Counted from the first letter of the stretch, positions 41,085-53,900 are shown. The stretch is 64,000 bases of DNA from Geosiphon pyriformis uo1 (GCA_016748015.1 JAAOMT010000135.1:1053085-1117084), one strand, 5' to 3'. Translations and numbers: made by a program. Notes: generated from the sequence alone by a model not told the origin.

Positions 41085-42096
41085 TGTTACTGGAGGTTTT
41101 TGGTCTTTTTTCTGTAATGTTGTTAATACCTGTTTGTTGTGAATTCACATTTTCTGAATGTGGTTGAATCTTCAGTAACTGAATTTTTTCTTCAAATTAT
41201 CTCCTATAATTTGAACTGCTGGGCTTATAAGTAGAATGGCCAATTCTATACCAGTTACTTTGTATAGTTACATTGTAGGAAATGTCAACTCTTTCCCAGA
41301 AATTGCTTGTTTAGAAGCTCACTAAAAATGTGTAGTTACTTTGCTGTGAAAGTCAACTCTTCTACAGGAATCTCGTCTGTAAACTACCCTAATAATTGTA
41401 ATAAGAAAAGAAAAAAAAATAAAAGAAATGTAAAAGAAATAAAATTCTGTCAAGGGAAACATTTTCTATCCAGGCCTGGAGTCACTAACAGTTTACTAAA
41501 ATTAGTAGCTAATCAATTTCGAAATGTTAGTTGGATTTTGGGGATTTTCCAAGTACAATAATTAAAGAATTTGGTTTTTTGAATTATTTGATATTTATTT
41601 CTTTTTGTGTGTATAGGAATGGTTTTAAGAGATAAATCTAAAGTAAGATATATTTTCTTGAAGAAAAAAGCTCTTCTTTTATACAACTTGTTGTAATACT
41701 AGTCTATAAACTTGCACTTTTTTTTTTTGCTCAAATTTTGGCAAACTAAAGATACATTTTGATGAACTACAAGTTATTTCACTAAGCTATTGATTAATTT
41801 GGGTGAACTATTTATAATTTTGGTGAATTTCTGTAAATTTTGGCGAATTTTTTATAAATTTTGGTGGATTTCTGTAAATTTTGGCGAATTTTAGAATGTT
41901 ACAAAGTTCAGGATATTGTGTAATTTGATCATCCTACTTTCTGTTATACTAATTAGATTCTTTTAATTGAATCATGATATGTGATAATTGATTAAATAAT
42001 AAATAATAATTTGAAATGATATTAATATACTAATTAATTATAGGAATTATAAGGATAATTTCATGCTAATTAATAACTAAAATTCTACTGGTAACA
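41085..42096 (-). repeat. 3' LTR (1012 bp)
   Basis: Direct repeat of 49949-50960; short terminal inverted repeats TGTTAC/GTAACA. Confidence 0.95.
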
Positions 42097-42784
42097 TAAT
42101 CTCCTCCTCAAAACTGAGCTCTATCAAAGTCCAAGCACTATCTGTAATATTAAGATAGTGATCCAAAATAATTGAAGTAATCTGATCCGAAAATTGTTGA
42201 AATTTCAGTTCTGTAAGTTTGTCAATGTATTGGACTTTCATTGGTTGTAATATTGGATTTTGTAAAACATTTTCATAAGTATTAAACAAATCATAGAGTC
42301 TAAAAACTGCTCTAAGTTTGTAGCAAGTGTTTGTTGGTCCAGCTGCTGTTTTGAATTCATTGTGGATTTGTTTTTGTATAGCTTCAGAAGTGAAATTTGT
42401 TGCTTCAAGTTCCAGTTTTTGTTTATAAAGTGTCTTTCCAATGTGGAAGTATTTATAGATAGGGGTGTGTTTATTGTTCTGTTCATTGAGAAGTAATAGA
42501 AGTTTTTGTTGCATTGTAGTATTTGATAGAATGTCAATAGGGGCAATTAAAAGATTTTCTTTTAGTGCTTGCTTCAAAAGTCTTAGTAACCTATTTTCAG
42601 AGTGACTTCTCGTTTTTCTTCTATAGGGGTAATAGTTCTGTGCATGATTTGCTACTGAGGCTGTGGTTTTTTTCTGAATATAATTAATTTGACTTCCATT
42701 AATCGTTATGGATAAGTCAGGAAGTGTTTTTAAGGCTAATATTAACTTTTGGGATATTTGTTGAATATTTTGGGGAATAATCAT
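42077..42784 (-). CDS. Additional retrotransposon ORF3 (235 aa, unknown function) between integrase and the 3' LTR
   Basis: ATG-initiated, uninterrupted 235-codon ORF on the element's sense strand; reads through the PPT and stops 20 bp inside the LTR. Confidence 0.7.
   Translation of the reverse strand: MIIPQNIQQISQKLILALKTLPDLSITINGSQINYIQKKTTASVANHAQNYYPYRRKTRSHSENRLLRLLKQALKENLLIAPIDILSNTTMQQKLLLLLNEQNNKHTPIYKYFHIGKTLYKQKLELEATNFTSEAIQKQIHNEFKTAAGPTNTCYKLRAVFRLYDLFNTYENVLQNPILQPMKVQYIDKLTELKFQQFSDQITSIILDHYLNITDSAWTLIELSFEEEIMLPVEF
42100..42109 (-). other. Polypurine tract GAGGAGGAGA
   Basis: Purine run three nucleotides upstream of the 3' LTR. Confidence 0.8.
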
Positions 42785-42933
42785 GATAAAATTGACTAAT
42801 TATGAAAAGAAAAAAAATAAGGAAAATTATTTTTGGGATATGGGGTTTTTATTTGTTTTTGGGTTTGGGTGTTTTTGTAATTTATTTACTATTTTTTTTT
42901 TCTTTGTGTTTTTATTGGGAAATTATTGTAAAA

Positions 42934-45900
42934 TTTAAGTGTTCGAATTTGGTTGTTGTTCTATTATAATTATTGGTTCTAAATTTCGGAGAATATCTTC
43001 AGGATTAATTAAAGGGGAATGTGTACCAATTTGTGGAATTAATGGTTCAGGATTGTTTCTGGAATGATAGTGTTTTAATCTGTCTCCATGTGCAACTTTT
43101 GCTAGTATTTTGTCATCAAGTCTTAACTTGTATGATCTATTGCCTAGAATTTTGTGAATATAAAATGGTCCATCCCATTTGTTTTCAAATTTCCCACTCC
43201 ATTGTTTTTCAGCCTTAGTTCTGTGTAAGAGAACTTTATNNNNNNNNNNNNNNNNNNNNNNNNNNNNNNNNNNNNNNNNNNNNNNNNNNNNNNNNNNNNN
43301 NNNNNNNNNNNNNNNNNNNNNNNNNNNNNNNNNNNNNNNNNNNNNNNNNNNNNNNNNNNNNNNNNNNNNNNNNNNNNNNNNNNNNNNNNNNNNNNNNNNN
43401 NNNNNNNNNNNNNNNNNNNNNNNNNNNNNNNNNNNNNNNNNNNNNNNNNNNNNNNNNNNNNNNNNNNNNNNNNNNNNNNNTTGGCTAGAGATTCACACAA
43501 TGTTCTGTTGAAACATTCTACAAGTCCATTTGTTTGAGGGTGATAAGGTGATAATAGAGGTCTTTTGACATTGAACTGTTTACAAATTTTTTGTATCAAG
43601 TTGTTCACAAAATGTGTTCCTTGATCAGATAAGAGTTCAATTGGGCATCTATGTTTACAGATAATGTCTTCATAGATGAAATTTGCTATTGATTTTGCAT
43701 CTGCTCTTTGGATGGCTCTAGCTTTAGGCCATTTGGTAAGATAATCCACTGCAACTGCAATATAACAATTTCCTTGGGTTGTGATAGGTAATGGTCCAAC
43801 TAAATCAATTCCAACTCTGTCAAAAAGTTGTCCAACTTTGATTGGATTTAAAGGTTCTATGGGATGAGTTCCTTTTCTTTTTTGACAATTATCACAAGAT
43901 TCTATATATTGTTGAATGTCTTTTTGCATGTAAGGCCAAAAATAATGTTCAAGGGTTCTTTGAATTGTTCTATCTCTTTCCAAGTATGCTGAAAAAGGAT
44001 CTGTGTGCATGTTATATAGAATTGTTTTTTTTTCATTTTTCTGTACTAATCTAAGTGGTTGGTTTGGGTTTTTACAATTTTTGTAATATATTTTGTTATG
44101 GTGTATAAAATATTGTTTGAATTGATGTTGTAATCGATGTTTTTCACTTGGAGACCAATTTTCTGGTATAGTAAGAGTCTCCAAATAGTTTTTGATGTTG
44201 TTGTAATTTTCTGAATCCATTGTTGGTAATCTTGTTGTTTTGTCCTGCTGTTAAGTTTGTTGGTGTTGATGTTGGTATTAATATTGTTTCATTCTTGAGA
44301 GACTATCAACATTGGTGTGTAGTTTTCCTGGTTTGTGATGTACAATGTATTAGTAATCTGCTAGAAAGTCATTCCATCAAAACTGTTTGACACTTTGTTT
44401 AATTTTCTTTTTATTAAGCCATTTGAGGCCAATATTGTCAGTTATTATGTCAAATTCTTTTCCATTCTTTAGGTATTGTTGAAAGTGTTTGAGAGCCCAG
44501 ATGACTGCAGCAGCTTCCAGTTCAGTTGAGCCATATTTGAGTTCTGTTGGCTTGAGTGTTTTGCTGGCATAGGCAATAACTTGTTCCTGGCTATTTTCAT
44601 CCAATTGTGATAAGATGGCACCAAATGCTATGTGTGAAGCATTAGTGGCTAATTGAAATTGTTTGTTAAAGTCTGGGTAAGCAAAAACTGGAGCTGTTGT
44701 CAATTTTGTTTTGAGAGTTTCAAAAGCTTTTTGTTGTTCTTCAGTCCATTTGTATGGTACATTTTTGTTGGTAAGATAATTGAGTGGTTTAGCAATTTCT
44801 GAGAATCCTTTTATGAATTTTCAATAGTAAGAGACTAATCCTACAAATTCTCTTAGTTCTGTAGTATTTTTGGGAGTTTGAAAGTTTTTGACAGCACTGA
44901 TTGTTCCTGGATTTGGTTTGACTCCATCTTTACTAACTATGTGTTCAAGAAAGATTAAGCTTGTTTTTCCAAAGTGACATTTCTCAATGTTTAACTTTAA
45001 TCCTGCTTTTCGTAATCATTGAAAAACTTCTCGCAAGTGAATGAGATGAGTCTTAAAGCTTGATAAGTATACATCAGTGTCATCAAGATAGACAATTACT
45101 GATTGCCACAAGAGTCCTTCATATACAACATTCATAAGTCACTGGAATGTTGCTGGTGCATTGCAAAGTCCAAAAGGCATAATATTGAACTCATAGTTTC
45201 CTCTCTGGGTGGTAAATGCTGTTTTGGGTCGATCTTTTGGGTCCATTTCGACTTGCCAGTATCCACTTTCCAAGTCTAAAGTTGAGAAGAACTTGGCTTT
45301 TCCTAGAGCATCTAGCATGTCATCAATTCTTGGAAGAGGGTAGGCATCTCCAATTGTAACACTATTCAGTTGTCTATAATCAATACAGAATCTGATTTTT
45401 CTGTTTTTTTTTTTAACTAAAACTACTGGTGAGGCCCAAAAACTTCTTGATGGTTGAATTAATTCGTTATTGAGCATTCTTTGGACCTCTTCTCTGATGA
45501 ATTGGTGGCTGGCAGGTGGTACTTGATAAGCTTGTTGACATTTTGGTGGAGCATCTCCTGTATAGATCTGATGTTAAACAATATCCGTTTTTCCCAAGTC
45601 ATTGTTGTCTTTTGCAAATATATCTGCAAATTCAGCTATCAATTGTTTCAATTGTCTTTGTTGTTGAGGTTCTAAGAGACCCATGTTGATTTAAGAGAGT
45701 TTTTCTTCCAAAAAGTGGTAGTTTTCAGTAGTGGGAATGATATTTGGATTTGGGAGTAGAGTGTGCCTTACAATTTCGATGAAATTAGAGACAATTTGAG
45801 AGTTTTCATCTTGAAAAATATTGCTGTGTATGATTTCAATCTCTAGTTTGTTTAATAAGACAATAGGGTAATTATTGGGGTTGTAGAATGTAACTCAAAT

Positions 45901-48900
45901 TTTTTTTATTCCTTTGGGAATATAAACATTTGGAATTGAGATTTCATGCTTCAAACAGATTTGTTCATTGGATTCAAAGATTTGTTGTGTAGTGGTGGGT
46001 TTTGAGCAAGTGTAAATTTCGTGATGTTCTCCAAAAGGTGAAATGGTAATTGGCTGGGGAAGTTGAATAATCTGGTAAGATTTATTTTGTGTATTAAGAA
46101 CTATGTTTACTGGAACTGTAAATTGTCCAGTTGAACCAAAACCTTGAGTTTCTCTTTCACTTTTTCCCAATTGTTCTCTGTTGTTTACTGATTGTAAACC
46201 CGAAATGTTGATTAAGGGTAAGTAGATTGCTTGAGCAATTTTTTTTAGCATGTTCAATTTTGAATAGTTTATCTGTCTCATTCTGCAACATGATGGTAAT
46301 GTCTCCAGTGTATTTTGCATCTATAACTCCTCCTCTAATATTGATTCTTTTGTTTGCCAATAATGATCTGGAGGCAATTTGAACCATTACTTCTAATGGA
46401 ATTTCAAAAGCAATTTTGAGATTGATTTTTGTCAAGGACTTTGGTTAAAGAACTAAAGTATCTTTTCCTGAGTATCTTAAGTCATATCCAGCATCAATTT
46501 CGTGTGCTTTTTCTGGTCTGATTTCTTGGCCATGGTTGTCAAAATATTTAAGTTGTAGAGGTGGTTGTTTTTCAAAAAGATAGATGGGGGTGGTTGGTAG
46601 TTTTTCTCTTAGTTCAGCTACTCTAAATTCGATTTCATTTTCATTATTCTCATCTGGCAGAGGAATGCTAAGAGCATAACATTCTAAACACCATTGGTCA
46701 TCACAAGGCATAATATATTCTTCACACAATTAAATGTTCATTTGCTCTAATCATTGAATTTGAGCTTCTTTGGTCGGATATGTATGACTTGCAATTTGGT
46801 GGTAGGTTTCTATTTTATCTTCATAATCAAATTCAGCTAATTCCATAGTATACTTAATATATTCAGCTTTTTTCATTTGGCAGACATCTTTTTGGGTGGC
46901 TCCATTGATCAATGCCATTGCTAGGTCAAAAATCATTTCAGTATCATGAGGGTAGTGGTAAAGTTTATTGAGAGCACTGTTGTATGCTGCATCAAATAGT
47001 GTTCCTCTTCTGACTTTTTCCGAAATTGATAGAGCATATTGACAGTTTTGATCACATACTCCTCCTCTCATTGCTACATCAATCCAATTGCATTCTTTTG
47101 GTAGCATTTCTCCACATGTAAGGCAAAAAGTTTTGTCCCATTTTTCACTTCTCTTTGGGGATCCAAATCATTCTCTATGGCATGCCTTGCAGAAGTAACA
47201 AGTGCGAGTTTCATATTCCTCTTTTGAGGAGATATAGGCTCCCATAGATGAAAGCTTCTTTTTGCAATTTTTGCATTTTAGTGGAATATATGGTGGTTCT
47301 TTTCGTGGTTCTGGTGTAGAATATCTAACTTTCTTCCATCCCCTTGATTCTTTAAAAATCTCTTGTTCTGTTTCCTCAGCCCAATTGGATGGTGATCCAA
47401 GAGCCATGTAGGTTTCAATGAATGGCATTTCCTTCTCTTCTTCAAATTCAAATACTGGAGCTTTTTTTGATCATTTGTTAAAGGTATTACAGGTTGCAGG
47501 TACAATAGTATATTGTTCTTGGTATGAGATTTTAAGTTCTTGAGTTTCCCAATTCAGGTTTGCATTGGTCTTGAGAAGCCAATCATTTCCAACTAGAGCT
47601 TAATATTGGAGTGCATCCATGACAAGAACTTTAACTGGAATGGTAATTCCATCAATTGTAAAGGGGAAATCATCAATTTCTCCCACTGGAGTCTTCTTTA
47701 TACCATCAGCTATGACAATAACTGTTTGAGCTGGTCTATCTACGTTTTGTTTGAGTTGTTGCATCAGCTGGTAAGTGATGATACTTCCAGCTGATCCACT
47801 ATCTAAGATTAAGCAAATGGGTTTTCTTTCTACTATAGCTTCTGTGTACATAGCAGTAATTGCTTTCTGTTCATTGACTGCTGCATTACTAAGCAGAAAT
47901 GGTGATTCATTTGCTTCAAATTCAAATGGAAATATATCTGACAGATTGACATTTTGGGCAATTTGAGCTGGTGGAATGATGTGATTGGAAGAGTTTGATC
48001 TTAGTGCTGCAACTTCACCTTCAGAAAGTGCAGTTTGTTGAAAATTTGATTCTTCTGGTATTGTAAGATAACTGGGTTGAGTGTGATAGTAATTGGGTCT
48101 TTGCTGACTAGGATTTCGGGAAACCAACTGGTTATTTGGATTAATTCTGTTGTGGTTACTTTGCAATTAATTTTGGGGTGTGAATTGGTTATGTTGAACC
48201 AATCTTTTTGCTGGTACTTGATATTGTTGAGTGAGTGGTGTCTGATATGGCTGAATTGGTAAAGATTGCTGATATTGTTGCTGCATTGGTTGTGGAGCTG
48301 GTGAATAGTAACTGTTTTGATTTTGTGGTCTTGGTGAATAATAGGTTGGTGGTGGAGATTGGTAATAGGATTGTTGTGGTGAAGAGTAATGTTGATTACT
48401 CTTGTTTTGTTGGTCTCTTTGTAATTTCCTACAATCTTGTTTCCAGTGTTCTGGAATTCCACAATAATGACAATTTTGAGGTTGGTTGTTGGATGGTGAT
48501 TCAAAATTGTTTTGGTTGTGGCGTTGTGGGGGTTGATATCTTTGTGGTTGTTATTGCTGTTGTTGTTGGTTTGTGAAGTAGCTTTCAACTTTTTTTGTGA
48601 ATTGGTCTATCTTCTTTTTAGCTGTTAAGCTGGTTTCTCCAATTGCAAGGTTTACAAGCTTGGTGTAATTTGCTTCTTCCATTGCCATTTCATAGCTCTT
48701 TGCATGTCTAATAGCAGTTGTTAAGTCTGCTGGAGCATGTAGACGGACTTTCTTAATCAGTTTGTCTTTTAACTCTGCTATAAACTGATCCAGAATTTGA
48801 GCATCAGAATAGTAGTTATTGGTTTCCAATTGTCGGATTCATCTGAGAAGTTTGTTAAATCTTCCAAGATAGATTATAACAGTTTCAGATGTTTCTTGTT

Positions 48901-49903
48901 TAATATTATGAAAGTGGTTTCTGAGAGTGATAGAGATATTGTTGTTAGTGAATTGTTGTAAAAAAGCATCTTTGAATGCTTGCCAGTTTTCAAATAGTTC
49001 TTCTAAATTTTCAAACCATTCTCCTGCTATTCCTTGGAGAAAGTAGGGAATTGCTTTGAGCATTCTTGCTACAATCCAACCATTTGCATCTTCTGCTTTT
49101 TGAACTTTGTCAAGCCATTCTTGAGAACTAATATTATTGTCTTCGCCAGTAAATTCTGGGATTTTTGCAATGTAAGCAGTTGCCATTTCTTCTTCATTTT
49201 CTGTAATTTCTTCTGGTTCTGATTTGGTTTCTTTACTTTCCAAGCTTTCTGAATGATTACTTTTGTTTTTCTATAAGTAATCAATGATATTGGCACTTGT
49301 TGATATTGGTTCCTGCTGTTGAGTAAGGTTTCTATGTGACTGAAAATCTTCTAGTCTGGAGAAGTGGTTGAGTGGTGAATTTGGTATTTGTGGTTGAACA
49401 AGTGAAATTGGAAATGGTGTAATAGAAAGTGGTAATTTGACACTGGTTCCTTGTTCAGGTGTTTGCAAGTGTTTGGCAGTTGTCTTTTGTAATGTTGGAG
49501 TGTTTGAAGTGGTTTTTGAGTATTGCTTCAATCTTTGTTTGCCTTTGTTGCTTGTTTCTGTCTCTGATTCAAAGTCAAAAGAGTATTTAGACTGTATTGG
49601 GTATTTTTCTTTACAATACTCAATAATGTTAAAATTAAGTTCTTGGAAGTAGGTAGCAAGTGTTTTACTGTTCAGGTTTTCTGTTCCTAATTGTGAATAG
49701 TGCACTAAATTATTGTAGAGGTTGCTTTTAACTTCTGAAATGTTGTAGTTTCCAAAAAGATAATTGTTGATGTGGTTTTTAATATATTGGTATACTGATT
49801 TCTTTACAACTTCAATTCCGTCTGGAATGTTGAATTTTTGTTTGCAGTGAATGTAAATTGACTGGTAATACTCTAAAGTTGCTGTGTCTGGTGTGGTTGC
49901 CAT
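42934..49903 (-). pseudogene. gag-pol polyprotein (capsid, CCHC, aspartic protease, Cys-rich insert, dUTPase, RT, RNase H, integrase), many nonsense mutations
   Basis: Capsid IPEFTG..EWL..W..FK; CHYCGIPEHWKQDC; LILDSGS; [26 protein letters not shown]; LATNAS..ELEAAAVIWAL; GIDLVGPL, SDQGTHF, YHPQTNGLVE; WDGPF. Fragments share one frame except for one shift in an A-run near 46245; the frame across the N gap cannot be checked. Confidence 0.93.
46125..46530 (-). pseudogene. dUTPase domain within pol, between protease and RT
   Basis: All five trimeric dUTPase motifs: AGYDL, ASRS, GGVIDAKYTG, KIAQ, R..QGFGSTG. Confidence 0.92.
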
Positions 49904-49934
49904 TTTGAATTTGTTGTTGCTGTGTTATTTCCGT

Positions 49935-49946
49935 GGGAGAGCCCCA
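49935..49946 (-). other. Primer-binding site TGGGGCTCTCCC (resembles a tRNA-Pro-type PBS)
   Basis: Starts with TGG two nucleotides after the 5' LTR end; tRNA identity is inferred only. Confidence 0.65.
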
Positions 49947-49948
49947 AA

Positions 49949-50960
49949 TGTTACTGGAGGTTTTTGGTCTCTTTTCTGTAATGTTGTTGATATCTGTTTG
50001 TTGTAAATTCACGTTTCTGGATGTGGTTGAATCTTCAGTAGCTGAATTTTCTCTTCAAATTATCTCCTATAATTTGAACTGCTGGGCTTATAAGTGGAAT
50101 GGCCAATTCTGTGCCAGTTACTTTGTATAGTTACATTGTAGGAAACGTCAACTCTTTCCCAGGAATTGCTCATTTGGAAGCTCACTAAAAATGTGTAGTT
50201 ACTTTGCTGTGAAAGTCAACTTTTCTACAGAAATCTCATCTGTAGGCTACCCTAATGATTATAATAAGAAAAAAAAAGAAAAATAAAAGAAATGTAAAAG
50301 AAATAAAATTCTGTCAAGGGAAACGTTTTCTATCCAGGCCTGGAGTCACTAACAGTTTACTGAAATTGGTAGCTAATCAATTTCGAAATATTAGTTGAGT
50401 TTTGGGGATTTTCCAAGTACAATAATTAAAGAATTTGGTTTTTTGAATTATTTGATATTTATTTCTTTTTGTGTGTATAGGAACAGTTTTAAGAGATAAA
50501 TCTAAAGTAAGATACATTTTTTTGAAGAGAAAAGCTCTTCTTTTATACAACTTGTTGTAATACTAATCTATGAACTTGCACTTTTTCTTTTTGCTCAAAT
50601 TTTGGCGAACTAAAGATACATTTTGATGAACTACAAGTTATTTTGCTGAACTATTGATTAATTTGGGTGAACTATTTATAATTTTGGCAAATTTCTGTAA
50701 ATTTCGGCGAATTTCTTATAAATTTTGGCGGATTTCTGTAAATTTCGGTGAATTTTAGAATGTTACAAAGTTCAAGATATTGTGTAATTTGATCATCTTA
50801 CTTTCTGTTATACTAATTAGATTCTTTTAATTGAATCGTGATATGTAATAATTGATTAAATAATAAATAATAATTTAAAATGATATTAATATACTAATTA
50901 ATTATAGAAATTATAAGGATAATTTCATGCTAATTAATAGCTAAAATTCTACTGGTAACA
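49949..50960 (-). repeat. 5' LTR (1012 bp)
   Basis: Direct repeat of 41085-42096; candidate TATAAAA on the minus strand near 50541-50547. Confidence 0.95.
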
Positions 50961-50964
50961 ATGG

Positions 50965-53900
50965 TCTTTTCGCAAAGTTGTTCTAGACCATTTGGTTGTT
51001 GATGATTCTCTTATTTTGGAATCTAATGAAGTAAGGCTCAAGGTGGATGACATCATAGTTAATTGGACCAGAAAGCGGAATGCTCTTCCTGTCCTATCTG
51101 GTCTCTGGGCGCAACAATATACCCCTTTGGCTTATGTTAATGATGGTGCCTTTAGTCTGGTTATGTGTGATATTACCATGTATAAAATGTCTTCAGTTAT
51201 AAGCAATCTTCCTGATGGCAAAGCTGCTGGTTTGTCTGGTATTACCAACAAATTTTGAAAACATGCTGGCTGTTTGGTTTTGGAGTGTTTGTTGTCTTTG
51301 CTGAACTCTTGTTTGCATTTTGGTGATGTTCTGGTCCATTGAAAAGAGGCCTGGATGTCCATGATTCCTAAGCCTTATGTTTGGGATGGCATTTTGTTGA
51401 ATACCCGGCCTATTGCATTAATTGAGACAGCCAAAAAAATTTTGTCAAAAGTTTTCTCAAACAGGATCTTTCTTGCTTGTAGTAAGTTTGATGTTCTCTG
51501 TGGTAACAATTTTTCTGTCCTCAAAGGCACTTCCACTCAGTCACCAATTTCAGCTGTGGGTTCAATTGTGGAAGATGCTTTGGAGAAAGGCTGTGAACTT
51601 TGGCTGGTTCTTCAAGACATGTACAAAATGTATGACTCTGTTAGTTGGTCTCATTTGAAAGCTAGTTTATGCCATATCAAAATGTGTGACAGGTTCATCA
51701 AGTTTTTTGGCAACATTCACAACAATTGCTTCAACAGAGTCATAACAGATTTTGGCCTTTCTGATGGATACAATGTTCTTGATAGTTTGGATTAGGGTGA
51801 AGTTTTCTCATCTCTCCTATGAAGAATTTTTTACGACCCTTTATTATGTGAGGTTGTAAGACAAGGTCATTTGTGTGGTTATTGGATCAATTCAAACTTT
51901 GTGGCAAAAACTGGAAGAATTAAGACTAGTGGAGGTATGACTTCATTTTTTGTGGCTGGCATCTTTGTTGATAACATTATTTGGGTGGAAAATAGACAAG
52001 CCTCTACACAACACATTTTTGATGTGATCAGCAAGTTTTTCCTCATCAATGATATTAACATAAACAATGAAAAAATGGTTGCCATTTCTATCAACAAAAG
52101 AGTGGGGATTTCTGTTTTATCTATCAACGGCCAGACTATCACTGTTGCCAATCCTGGTGTGAGTTATCAATATTTGGGTATTTTTTTGTCCACCAATGGT
52201 TTGTTTAAGCCAAGTCTTGCCAAAGCCAATGCAGATGTTAGGTTCTTCTCAAATATGGTTCTCTGAAAAGCTGTCTCTGATAAACAATTCTCTTATCTGG
52301 TTTCAGCTGTTTTGCAGCCCATAGTCAGTTATTGGATGCAGTTTAGTTTTGTTTCCAAAGCTGTTTGTCTAAAATGGGATGTTCTAATTAGAAAAAGTCT
52401 TAAGTCAAAAGCCAATTTACTGAGAGACTTTTCCAATAAGATGTTGCACCACCCTTTTCTTTATGGACTGAAATCTTTTGAACAGTTGCAGGCTGAATAC
52501 AAGATAGCTTCTATTGTGCAATTTGCAAATTCTTCTGGAATTCTTGGCCGTTTGTTCAAACATTGATTTTTGGATTTACAGATTTTGTGCTGAACTCCAC
52601 TGAACCCTCTTCAATATTCTGTTAAGTTGAGAATGAACACTTCAAACAATCTTCTAGTGGGTGTGGTTCATATATTTCTTGACAACAAGCTGTCTTTAGA
52701 TAACTGGCTTCTCTGTGCCTTTCGCTTTCCTGGCCATTTCCCAATGTCATTGGTATTGGGTAATTCTTTGTATTTCAATGTGATTCGCTTCTTGAAAATT
52801 ACTGGTATGGCATATAGTAACCAAGTTCTGAACAAAAAAGGTTCTGTTGTTAATTGGTGTACGTTTCACCAATGGAGAAGACTTGGTTCTAGAGGCCCCA
52901 TGCCTTTATGGTTTTTAAAAGCCTCCACTTATTTGAATAGTTGTTTGCATGCTCCCCCTCCTATGAGTTTAGCTTCTGTCTATGCTAGTGTTTTAGATTC
53001 GACGTTTTTTGCCAATATTCATGAGGAAATCCATGGATTGTAGGCTGATAAGATTGATATTTATACTGACAGTTCTCTTAGAGGCTTGAGTATGTTTCAG
53101 GTGGTGTATGGTGCTGCTGCTTATTTTCCTAGCTTGAACAAAGGTTTAGGAGTGGAGGTACATGGTGTGCTGTCTTCGACCCTGGCTAAATTACAGACTG
53201 TTGCCCTGGCTCTGGAGTGCGTTCCTGCCTCTGTTTCAATAGCTTTGCACACAGATAGTCAAGCAGCTATCGATGCATGTGTGGCCGAATTGGGTCTCTT
53301 GCAGCCGAATTGTCACAATAGTTGCTGGATAGAAAGGCACCATGTGATTAATTTGATTAAATCCAAAGATCTGACTGTTCGTTGGATTAAAATCAAAGAT
53401 CATGCTGGTATTGCTGATAATATTATGGCTGATGCTTTTGCTAAACAAGCTGCACACTCTAGGATCTCTCTCCCTATCAAGATTAATTGTAGATATGTGG
53501 TTGCTGATGGCAGACCAGTTTCTGGTAATGCCTGCCATTTTGTACATGACATTTTTTATTCCATCTGCAAGTTTCAATGGGAAGTGGGTCCTGGCCAAGA
53601 GATTTTGTCTTGTTTGTTTGGTTTGGTTGTCAATTGGAATAGTACCACTCTAGTTTGGCACCCTGACTCTCATATGCTCTCTGGGAGTACATGTCAAGCC
53701 ACTGCTGTTCTTCATACATACTTCATGAAAGCTGTTCATTTCAAGTTGCCTATTGCTGTTCGAAAAAGGCTGTATAATAAGAATTACCCTGGTGTGTCAT
53801 GTCTATTTTGTGGTAATATGGAACTCCCCGATCATGACTTTACTTGTGTTAAAAATGCTTCTGTGTGGTCGTGGTTTGTGGAAAACTTTGATGGGTCCTA

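Larger units (their letters stand above)
41085..50960 (-). mobile_element. Complete Ty3/gypsy LTR retrotransposon (9876 bp), nested in LINE-C ORF2; TSD GTGG/ATGG
   Basis: Two 1012-bp LTRs with TGTTAC...GTAACA termini; PBS and PPT; order gag-PR-dUTPase-RT-RH-IN. Removing the element plus 4 bp restores the LINE reading frame. Confidence 0.96.

Noticed and set aside
42077-42784. env gene
   Set aside because: No visible signal peptide, furin-site plus fusion-peptide layout or transmembrane anchor; kept as an unknown ORF3.
42934-43240. Chromodomain at the integrase C-terminus
   Set aside because: After the WDGPF (GPY/F) module the frame ends in a short Pro/Ile-rich tail with no chromodomain aromatic motif.
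50400-50414. Tf1-like self-priming via LTR sequence complementary to the PBS
   Set aside because: Only 7 contiguous bases (TTTGGGG) match, and the site is far from the likely transcription start; a tRNA primer is simpler.
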